Positions 54,785 through 64,000 of a stretch of DNA of 64,000 bases are shown piece by piece. This DNA is from Perkinsela sp. CCAP 1560/9. Its lineage: Eukaryota > Protista > Euglenozoa: Kinetoplastea. Each line of letters opens with the position of its first letter. The first letter of the stretch is position 1. Both the position numbers and the translations under genes were made by a program. The stretch is taken from NCBI GenBank assembly GCA_965644495.1, contig CBFFSA010000022.1, positions 105,132 through 169,131 of the forward strand, written 5' to 3'. The notes under the pieces were generated by a model. It was not told where the DNA came from and did not search any database. It saw only the letters and a program-made list of their open reading frames with translations.

Positions 54785-57700
54785 CTATGAAGGCGCCCTC
54801 TTTCCACCAGTTTTCGCAATCTTCCCGCACAGCGTGACTTTAGCCTCGGCGCCACGCTTGGGTGCTGGATTGGTTTTCGTCTTTCCCTTTTCCAAGGTTC
54901 TATGTTTTATCAGCTTTTCCAAGGATTTGTCGATTTGTGATGCGTTGGAATCATTACTTGTTTTTCTCTTTTTCTGCTCAGGCGGTCGAGGAACTTTTCG
55001 CGCTGCAATCAGTGCTAACCCATCTGCCTCGTCGTTCCATTTATTTCCTGAGTGACCCTTGACTTTGCACATATATATTGAGTACAAATCATGTTTTAAG
55101 GACCGTAATTTTCCGTCTAACTGGGAGAACAAATCTCCATTTAAAACCCCCTTGTAACCAACGATTCGCCGCCGATATCGAAGATTGTGAAAGAAGTCCC
55201 ATAGATAGTAAGAGTCTGTATGAAACAGACAAGCGCATGGTTTTGACGGCAGTTGGAGAAGGGCATGCTGAAAAGCTAAGATCTCTACTCGCTCAATAGT
55301 GTCTGATTCCAATGGTATGGATATCCGTGAGGGTTCGCATCGTGGTTTTAGAACTACGATACCTATGCCACTTCGAATCTCTTTCGTATTTTTCATCGGC
55401 AGAACAGAGCCATCGGTATATATTTGTATGGCTTTATAGGCTGGAAAAGGCACATTTGATTCTTCAACGAACTGTAATTCTGAAGGACTTTTTTGTTTTT
55501 TAGCTTTGGCAAGAGCAGTTTTCCACTTTGCTGACCCAATTTTTTCGTATTCTATGAGCGGTTCAAGTTCACGTCGCAATTTTTCTGTCAGACGATACCA
55601 GTGTTCACGGTCTGACGCAAATACCAATGCCTCTTCCAGTGTAATGTTAAGATCCTTGAAGCAAGCCTCGCTTGGAGATAAATTGCGTGCATTCGGGCGT
55701 TGTTTCCACTGTACAAGCTCTTGAAAATCACTGGAGTGCCTCAGCATGTGCCCGACGAGCTTGGCCCTCTGAACCTTGTGTATAGTAGAAAAGCGCTCAG
55801 TTTCAAGATACAGAGAAGCATTCGGGTAGCTCATTCCGTATTCATCTAATCTGTTGCATTGGCAAACTATTCTTCTCATGTTATTAACTTCAACGTCAAT
55901 TCTTCGGAGCATGGATTTTGAAATAGAAAGTGCACCTGTCCCAAAGTTTAGCACCGGATATACTATTGAATCGTAGAGGCGCAGCTTAGTCTCCGGGCTA
56001 AGTGGTGAAGACCAAATACCATTCATTCGAAAGAGAGATCCCCAAGCTAGTTTCAATCGATCTTTAACTGTAGATGTAAAATCATTTTCCTGCCGATGCC
56101 CTAAGTGTTTGTAAGACGTAACTTTCGGAATCATCCCCGAGAATTTGCTGTTCAGGCTCTCGCTGCTCATTTGAGATTTACCAAAAGTTAACCAGGCTGT
56201 CTTGTTTGCTCCGACGGCTAGTTTCAGATTAGCTTTGCGTGACTCTTCAGCTACATTGTCTATCATATTTGTCAAACCAATCTTCGTGTCACTAAATAAC
56301 GCTATATCGTCCGCATACTCAATGTCACTCAGGCGCTTTTCATGAAGACCCCGCTTTCTTGTACCCCTAGAGCTGAGAAGAACCCCGTCTGATTTTCCAT
56401 CTAGTGCTTTATTGAGAATTCTATCTAACACCATAACGAACAGATAAGGCGCCAATACATCACCTTGAAGTATTCCTGTAGTGATAGGGAAAGGTTTTGT
56501 GATTCCAATAGAAGTTCGTACAGTGCCTTTCAGCTCATCGTATATAGACATTATCATCTTAGAAAGACATGGACCTACTCGAAATGCATGCAAACTAGCT
56601 TTAATAGCAGCGAACGATACCGAAGGAAATGCTTTAGCAAAGTCTATAAAAGCTACAGAAAGGCCTTGTCCTCTGAATGCTTTGGTTTTTATTTCGTTCA
56701 TGATAATCTGAGCTCCAGAAGTCGCTCGGTTAGGTCGAAACCCATACTGGTTACCCCGAAGAGACTTTTCAATGTTGGGTCTAATGCGGGAGAGTATCAT
56801 ATGATTCATGAGCTTAACTACGCTATTTACTACGCATATAGGCCGCCAATTCTCAATGTTAGTGAGGTCTCCTTTCTTTGGGATGGGTATTTGAAGAGTG
56901 TTGCGCCAGGCTTCCTCTGTGACTCCCGTTTCGTGTACCTGGTTGATTATATTCAGGAGATGCGATCTCAGATCAGGGTGGACCGCTATAGCTTGAAGGG
57001 CTTCCATTGGTATTCCGTCACTTCCCGGTGTTTTTCCTCTTCTGAAATGTTCTAAAGATGTGCTTAACTCCTCGCTTGTAAATGCTGCATCGGATATTGG
57101 TACTAACGGCGGCGGCAGCAGTTCAAAGCTAAGATTTGGATCTCCATCATCAGCGCCACTAAATTTCATGAAGTACGATCGAATTTCGTTAAGTTTATCA
57201 TTTCGTGAGCTTCCGTTCGTGCTAAAGGTATCACGATATTGCCCGCATATCTTTCGAATCGTTCTCCATGGGTTTGAATGGTTTTTACGAAGCTGTTTTT
57301 CAATCTCCAAGCATTCGTCAGAAATAATCTCTTCAACTTCCGCTTTATTCTCCTTTACGAGAGCGTTGAACACCTTTTTGTTTCTGCTCTTGTGATATAA
57401 ACCGCGCAAATCATGTATTTTTGAGTCCTTTACAGCTTCTTTGTTCAAATTTCGTTTCGTCGGTTTTTTGAAAGTTTTTACAGCATTTTTCATATATTGT
57501 GCGAGAGCGCCCCATGATCGACAAGAGTTCGAGGTTGCTCGATATTGGTCGTGAACTTTATTGATGAAATTCTTCCTATCCTCACTATTTCGAAGAGAAA
57601 TCCACGAGAGCTGATTCGTATTCGTTTTGGGATCACTGACTCGCCATTTAATTTTAATTCTGGCTATAACACAACAGTGAGTAGTAGGAATGGGTGCCTT

Positions 57701-58864
57701 GATCACTTTGTGTCGTTGAATTGCCGATGCAAATCTGCTACAAATAAATATGTGATCTAACTGCCTTAAAGCTTTGTTTGGTAATTCGCATGTCCATTTC
57801 CGACTACTTGGACAAAGACTGTGCGCAGACTTACAGTCTATAGAACAAGAAAGTCCTTTAAGACGGGCGGCCGCAATGGGATCTAGATCCTTATTTGTTA
57901 TATGTGTCAAAGGTGCATTAAAGTCGCCCAGCACAATTAATGGGCGACGCGGGTTGCTTTCCCTTATTCTCAAGCAGCAACGTTCGAGTTCTCCGTAGAA
58001 CTCCGTAACCTCGACGTCCTTAGAATCGCGTGTAGGAGAATATACGTTAATAACTGTTGCGACTCCTTCCTCCATCTCAAATTCACCCGACATAATCCTT
58101 TCACTGATTTTAGATACCTTAGACAAGGGAAAAGTGCTGACGAATCCCATTCCATTGTATGCATCCTTTGCGCGCGCTGGAATGAGGCTCAAGTGAAACT
58201 CTGCGTTCCGATATTGTACTTTGCGGTGAAGGACATCCGACTTTTCAGAAGATGGGAATCTAAATCGCGTTTCCTGCAGGCCCAGAATATTTATTCCCTT
58301 CAGATCAATGAAGGTAAGTACTTCGCAAAGGTGTCCGCACTTTCGTAGGCTAAACTCGTCTTCACCTTTCAGCTTAAGAGTAGTTACGTTCAAGGTTCCC
58401 ACACTCAACATTCTCTTCACAGCGGGGCCCCCAGGGCCCACCAAGTCACGGAGAGCACGTTTGCCAGACTGTGCCCTGTATTTGCGAGAGCGCTTTTTGA
58501 AACGACGTCTACGCTTAGGCGCACAAACCCGAGCAGCACAGAGGACGATGTGAGGACTACATGGAGGGAACGGAAGCGTAAATCGCGAACACTGAGCGTA
58601 GCGAACACGCCAGCGGCTCGGCACCCAACTCTCTACTACCCCCTCCCAAACACTGTAGTTCGATGAATCCGCGTACCTCCAAACCACCGAAAGCTTAGCG
58701 CCTAAACAAAGCAGTCGCATAATGTGTCCTAACGACCTCGCGCGGAGTTTAGCAGATTCCGTTCCACCCTTCGCAGGACGGAAAAGAATCCCCCGATCAA
58801 GCTTGGAACACGCAAGAAGATTCATAATAGCAGTGGGCATGCGTGCACCGGAAGCATCCGCCAT
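54785..58864 (-). CDS. Intact single-ORF APE-RT-RNase H non-LTR retrotransposon polyprotein (second family)
   Basis: GTLNV, LQETR, NVYSPT, GDFNA, LDHI; KTPGSD, QYGFR, DFAKAF, GILQGDVLAP, YADD; YTDGS, VEILA, TDS, GHSGN..NDEAD. Confidence 0.95.
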   Translation of the reverse strand: MADASGARMPTAIMNLLACSKLDRGILFRPAKGGTESAKLRARSLGHIMRLLCLGAKLSVVWRYADSSNYSVWEGVVESWVPSRWRVRYAQCSRFTLPFPPCSPHIVLCAARVCAPKRRRRFKKRSRKYRAQSGKRALRDLVGPGGPAVKRMLSVGTLNVTTLKLKGEDEFSLRKCGHLCEVLTFIDLKGINILGLQETRFRFPSSEKSDVLHRKVQYRNAEFHLSLIPARAKDAYNGMGFVSTFPLSKVSKISERIMSGEFEMEEGVATVINVYSPTRDSKDVEVTEFYGELERCCLRIRESNPRRPLIVLGDFNAPLTHITNKDLDPIAAARLKGLSCSIDCKSAHSLCPSSRKWTCELPNKALRQLDHIFICSRFASAIQRHKVIKAPIPTTHCCVIARIKIKWRVSDPKTNTNQLSWISLRNSEDRKNFINKVHDQYRATSNSCRSWGALAQYMKNAVKTFKKPTKRNLNKEAVKDSKIHDLRGLYHKSRNKKVFNALVKENKAEVEEIISDECLEIEKQLRKNHSNPWRTIRKICGQYRDTFSTNGSSRNDKLNEIRSYFMKFSGADDGDPNLSFELLPPPLVPISDAAFTSEELSTSLEHFRRGKTPGSDGIPMEALQAIAVHPDLRSHLLNIINQVHETGVTEEAWRNTLQIPIPKKGDLTNIENWRPICVVNSVVKLMNHMILSRIRPNIEKSLRGNQYGFRPNRATSGAQIIMNEIKTKAFRGQGLSVAFIDFAKAFPSVSFAAIKASLHAFRVGPCLSKMIMSIYDELKGTVRTSIGITKPFPITTGILQGDVLAPYLFVMVLDRILNKALDGKSDGVLLSSRGTRKRGLHEKRLSDIEYADDIALFSDTKIGLTNMIDNVAEESRKANLKLAVGANKTAWLTFGKSQMSSESLNSKFSGMIPKVTSYKHLGHRQENDFTSTVKDRLKLAWGSLFRMNGIWSSPLSPETKLRLYDSIVYPVLNFGTGALSISKSMLRRIDVEVNNMRRIVCQCNRLDEYGMSYPNASLYLETERFSTIHKVQRAKLVGHMLRHSSDFQELVQWKQRPNARNLSPSEACFKDLNITLEEALVFASDREHWYRLTEKLRRELEPLIEYEKIGSAKWKTALAKAKKQKSPSELQFVEESNVPFPAYKAIQIYTDGSVLPMKNTKEIRSGIGIVVLKPRCEPSRISIPLESDTIERVEILAFQHALLQLPSKPCACLFHTDSYYLWDFFHNLRYRRRIVGYKGVLNGDLFSQLDGKLRSLKHDLYSIYMCKVKGHSGNKWNDEADGLALIAARKVPRPPEQKKRKTSNDSNASQIDKSLEKLIKHRTLEKGKTKTNPAPKRGAEAKVTLCGKIAKTGGKRAPS

Positions 58865-58876
58865 TTTGCAAATAAA

Positions 58877-61800
58877 TTTACAAAAAACTTGATCTTTACA
58901 AAAAACTTGATCTTTACAAAAAACTTGATCTTTACAAAAAACTTGATCTTTACAAAAAACTTGATCTTTACAAAAAACTTGATCTTTACAAAAAACTTGA
59001 TCTTTACAAAAAACTTGATCTTTACAAAAAACTTGATCTTTACAAAAAACTTGATCTTTACAAAAAACTTGATCTTTACAAAAAACTTGATCTTTACAAA
59101 AAACTTGATCTTTACAAAAAACTTGATCTTTACAAAAAACTTGATCTTTACAAAAAACTTGATCTTTACAAAAAACTTGATCTTTACAAAAAACTTGATC
59201 TTTACAAAAAACTTGATCTTTACAAAAAACTTGATCTTTACAAAAAACTTGATCTTTACAAAAAACTTGATCTTTACAAAAAACTTGATCTTTACAAAAA
59301 ACTTGATCTTTACAAAAAACTTGATCTTTACAAAAAACTTGATCTTTACAAAAAACTTGATCTTTACAAAAAACTTGATCTTTACAAAAAACTTGATCTT
59401 TACAAAAAACTTGATCTTTACAAAAAACTTGATCTTTACAAAAAACTTGATCTTTACAAAAAACTTGATCTTTACAAAAAACTTGATCTTTACAAAAAAC
59501 TTGATCTTTACAAAAAACTTGATCTTTACAAAAAACTTGATCTTTACAAAAAACTTGATCTTTACAAAAAACTTGATCTTTACAAAAAACTTGATCTTTA
59601 CAAAAAACTTGATCTTTACAAAAAACTTGATCTTTACAAAAAACTTGATCTTTACAAAAAACTTGATCTTTACAAAAAACTTGATCTTTACAAAAAACTT
59701 GATCTTTACAAAAAACTTGATCTTTACAAAAAACTTGATCTTTACAAAAAACTTGATCTTTACAAAAAACTTGATCTTTACAAAAAACTTGATCTTTACA
59801 AAAAACTTGATCTTTACAAAAAACTTGATCTTTACAAAAAACTTGATCTTTACAAAAAACTTGATCTTTACAAAAAACTTGATCTTTACAAAAAACTTGA
59901 TCTTTACAAAAAACTTGATCTTTACAAAAAACTTGATCTTTACAAAAAACTTGATCTTTACAAAAAACTTGATCTTTACAAAAAACTTGATCTTTACAAA
60001 AAACTTGATCTTTACAAAAAACTTGATCTTTACAAAAAACTTGATCTTTACAAAAAACTTGATCTTTACAAAAAACTTGATCTTTACAAAAAACTTGATC
60101 TTTACAAAAAACTTGATCTTTACAAAAAACTTGATCTTTACAAAAAACTTGATCTTTACAAAAAACTTGATCTTTACAAAAAACTTGATCTTTACAAAAA
60201 ACTTGATCTTTACAAAAAACTTGATCTTTACAAAAAACTTGATCTTTACAAAAAACTTGATCTTTACAAAAAACTTGATCTTTACAAAAAACTTGATCTT
60301 TACAAAAAACTTGATCTTTACAAAAAACTTGATCTTTACAAAAAACTTGATCTTTACAAAAAACTTGATCTTTACAAAAAACTTGATCTTTACAAAAAAC
60401 TTGATCTTTACAAAAAACTTGATCTTTACAAAAAACTTGATCTTTACAAAAAACTTGATCTTTACAAAAAACTTGATCTTTACAAAAAACTTGATCTTTA
60501 CAAAAAACTTGATCTTTACAAAAAACTTGATCTTTACAAAAAACTTGATCTTTACAAAAAACTTGATCTTTACAAAAAACTTGATCTTTACAAAAAACTT
60601 GATCTTTACAAAAAACTTGATCTTTACAAAAAACTTGATCTTTACAAAAAACTTGATCTTTACAAAAAACTTGATCTTTACAAAAAACTTGATCTTTACA
60701 AAAAACTTGATCTTTACAAAAAACTTGATCTTTACAAAAAACTTGATCTTTACAAAAAACTTGATCTTTACAAAAAACTTGATCTTTACAAAAAACTTGA
60801 TCTTTACAAAAAACTTGATCTTTACAAAAAACTTGATCTTTACAAAAAACTTGATCTTTACAAAAAACTTGATCTTTACAAAAAACTTGATCTTTACAAA
60901 AAACTTGATCTTTACAAAAAACTTGATCTTTACAAAAAACTTGATCTTTACAAAAAACTTGATCTTTACAAAAAACTTGATCTTTACAAAAAACTTGATC
61001 TTTACAAAAAACTTGATCTTTACAAAAAACTTGATCTTTACAAAAAACTTGATCTTTACAAAAAACTTGATCTTTACAAAAAACTTGATCTTTACAAAAA
61101 ACTTGATCTTTACAAAAAACTTGATCTTTACAAAAAACTTGATCTTTACAAAAAACTTGATCTTTACAAAAAACTTGATCTTTACAAAAAACTTGATCTT
61201 TACAAAAAACTTGATCTTTACAAAAAACTTGATCTTTACAAAAAACTTGATCTTTACAAAAAACTTGATCTTTACAAAAAACTTGATCTTACAAAAAACT
61301 TGATCTTACAAAAAACTTGATCTTACAAAAAACTTGATCTTACAAAAAACTTGATCTTACAAAAAACTTGATCTTACAAAAAACTTGATCTTACAAAAAA
61401 CTTGATCTTACAAAAAACTTGATCTTACAAAAAACTTGATCTTACAAAAAACTTGATCTTACAAAAAACTTGATCTTACAAAAAACTTGATCTTACAAAA
61501 AACTTGATCTTACAAAAAACTTGATCTTACAAAAAACTTGATCTTACAAAAAACTTGATCTTACAAAAAACTTGATCTTACAAAAAACTTGATCTTACAA
61601 AAAACTTGATCTTACAAAAAACTTGATCTTACAAAAAACTTGATCTTACAAAAAACTTGATCTTACAAAAAACTTGATCTTACAAAAAACTTGATCTTAC
61701 AAAAAACTTGATCTTACAAAAAACTTGATCTTACAAAAAACTTGATCTTACAAAAAACTTGATCTTACAAAAAACTTGATCTTACAAAAAACTTGATCTT

Positions 61801-64000
61801 ACAAAAAACTTGATCTTACAAAAAACTTGATCTTACAAAAAACTTGATCTTACAAAAAACTTGATCTTACAAAAAACTTGATCTTACAAAAAACTTGATC
61901 TTACAAAAAACTTGATCTTACAAAAAACTTGATCTTACAAAAAACTTGATCTTACAAAAAACTTGATCTTACAAAAAACTTGATCTTACAAAAAACTTGA
62001 TCTTACAAAAAACTTGATCTTACAAAAAACTTGATCTTACAAAAAACTTGATCTTACAAAAAACTTGATCTTACAAAAAACTTGATCTTACAAAAAACTT
62101 GATCTTACAAAAAACTTGATCTTACAAAAAACTTGATCTTACAAAAAACTTGATCTTACAAAAAACTTGATCTTACAAAAAACTTGATCTTACAAAAAAC
62201 TTGATCTTACAAAAAACTTGATCTTACAAAAAACTTGATCTTACAAAAAACTTGATCTTACAAAAAACTTGATCTTACAAAAAACTTGATCTTACAAAAA
62301 ACTTGATCTTACAAAAAACTTGATCTTACAAAAAACTTGATCTTACAAAAAACTTGATCTTACAAAAAACTTGATCTTACAAAAAACTTGATCTTACAAA
62401 AAACTTGATCTTACAAAAAACTTGATCTTACAAAAAACTTGATCTTACAAAAAACTTGATCTTACAAAAAACTTGATCTTACAAAAAACTTGATCTTACA
62501 AAAAACTTGATCTTACAAAAAACTTGATCTTACAAAAAACTTGATCTTACAAAAAACTTGATCTTACAAAAAACTTGATCTTACAAAAAACTTGATCTTA
62601 CAAAAAACTTGATCTTACAAAAAACTTGATCTTACAAAAAACTTGATCTTACAAAAAACTTGATCTTACAAAAAACTTGATCTTACAAAAAACTTGATCT
62701 TACAAAAAACTTGATCTTACAAAAAACTTGATCTTACAAAAAACTTGATCTTACAAAAAACTTGATCTTACAAAAAACTTGATCTTACAAAAAACTTGAT
62801 CTTACAAAAAACTTGATCTTACAAAAAACTTGATCTTACAAAAAACTTGATCTTACAAAAAACTTGATCTTACAAAAAACTTGATCTTACAAAAAACTTG
62901 ATCTTACAAAAAACTTGATCTTACAAAAAACTTGATCTTACAAAAAACTTGATCTTACAAAAAACTTGATCTTTACAAAAAACTTGATCTTTACAAAAAA
63001 CTTGATCTTTACAAAAAACTTGATCTTTACAAAAAACTTGATCTTTACAAAAAACTTGATCTTTACAAAAAACTTGATCTTTACAAAAAACTTGATCTTT
63101 ACAAAAAACTTGATCTTTACAAAAAACTTGATCTTTACAAAAAACTTGATCTTTACAAAAAACTTGATCTTTACAAAAAACTTGATCTTTACAAAAAACT
63201 TGATCTTTACAAAAAACTTGATCTTTACAAAAAACTTGATCTTTACAAAAAACTTGATCTTTACAAAAAACTTGATCTTTACAAAAAACTTGATCTTTAC
63301 AAAAAACTTGATCTTTACAAAAAACTTGATCTTTACAAAAAACTTGATCTTTACAAAAAACTTGATCTTTACAAAAAACTTGATCTTTACAAAAAACTTG
63401 ATCTTTACAAAAAACTTGATCTTTACAAAAAACTTGATCTTTACAAAAAACTTGATCTTTACAAAAAACTTGATCTTTACAAAAAACTTGATCTTACAAA
63501 AAACTTGATCTTACAAAAAACTTGATCTTACAAAAAACTTGATCTTACAAAAAACTTGATCTTACAAAAAACTTGATCTTACAAAAAACTTGATCTTACA
63601 AAAAACTTGATCTTACAAAAAACTTGATCTTACAAAAAACTTGATCTTACAAAAAACTTGATCTTACAAAAAACTTGATCTTACAAAAAACTTGATCTTA
63701 CAAAAAACTTGATCTTACAAAAAACTTGATCTTACAAAAAACTTGATCTTACAAAAAACTTGATCTTACAAAAAACTTGATCTTACAAAAAACTTGATCT
63801 TACAGAAAACTTGATCTTACAAAAAACTTGATCTTACAAAAAACTTGATCTTACAAAAAACTTGATCTTACAAAAAACTTGATCTTACAAAAAACTTGAT
63901 CTTACAAAAAACTTGATCTTACAAAAAACTTGATCTTACAAAAAACTTGATCTTACAAAAAACTTGATCTTACAAAAAACTTGATCTTACAAAAAACTTG
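58877..64000 (-). repeat. 18/17-bp tandem array (TGTAAAGATCAAGTTTTT / TGTAAGATCAAGTTTTT on minus), over 5 kb, runs off the window
   Basis: 18-mer blocks ~58877-61288 and ~62971-63490; 17-mer blocks ~61289-62970 and ~63491-64000. Confidence 0.98.

Noticed and set aside
58877-64000. Canonical telomere
   Set aside because: Not TTAGGG-like; related arrays are internal in this window. A terminal role cannot be judged from the window alone.

Overview
This window contains no recognisable housekeeping gene. It is a eukaryotic, very probably euglenozoan/kinetoplastid-type, heterochromatin-like block made almost entirely of retroelements and tandem repeats. Three retroelement classes are present. (1) CRE/SLACS-like non-LTR elements (RT plus C-terminal restriction-like endonuclease): intact ORFs at 39201-43226 and 44610-48098, disrupted copies, and many poly(A)-terminated fragments. 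(2) Single-ORF APE-RT-RNase H LINEs with Ingi/L1Tc-like architecture: intact at 31024-35319 and 54785-58864. (3) VIPER/TATE-like tyrosine-recombinase elements (gag-YR-RT/RH). A 177-bp satellite is also present. Four observations stand out. (a) Seven genomic copies of a 39-nt kinetoplastid-type spliced leader (AATCTTTAACGATAAAGATACAGTTTCTGTACCTTGTTG) lack an intron and sit just before start codons, mostly of CRE-like ORFs. This implies retrotransposition from trans-spliced mRNA, and some copies are chained poly(A)-to-SL. (b) Each intact APE LINE begins 12-14 bp downstream of its own multi-kb array of related 18-bp repeats. (c) CRE-like proteins carry an Ataxin-2/Pbp1 LsmAD-like domain. (d) A Tudor-like N-terminal module appears shared by all three unrelated retroelement classes. 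All domain assignments were made by eye from motifs; no searches were run.
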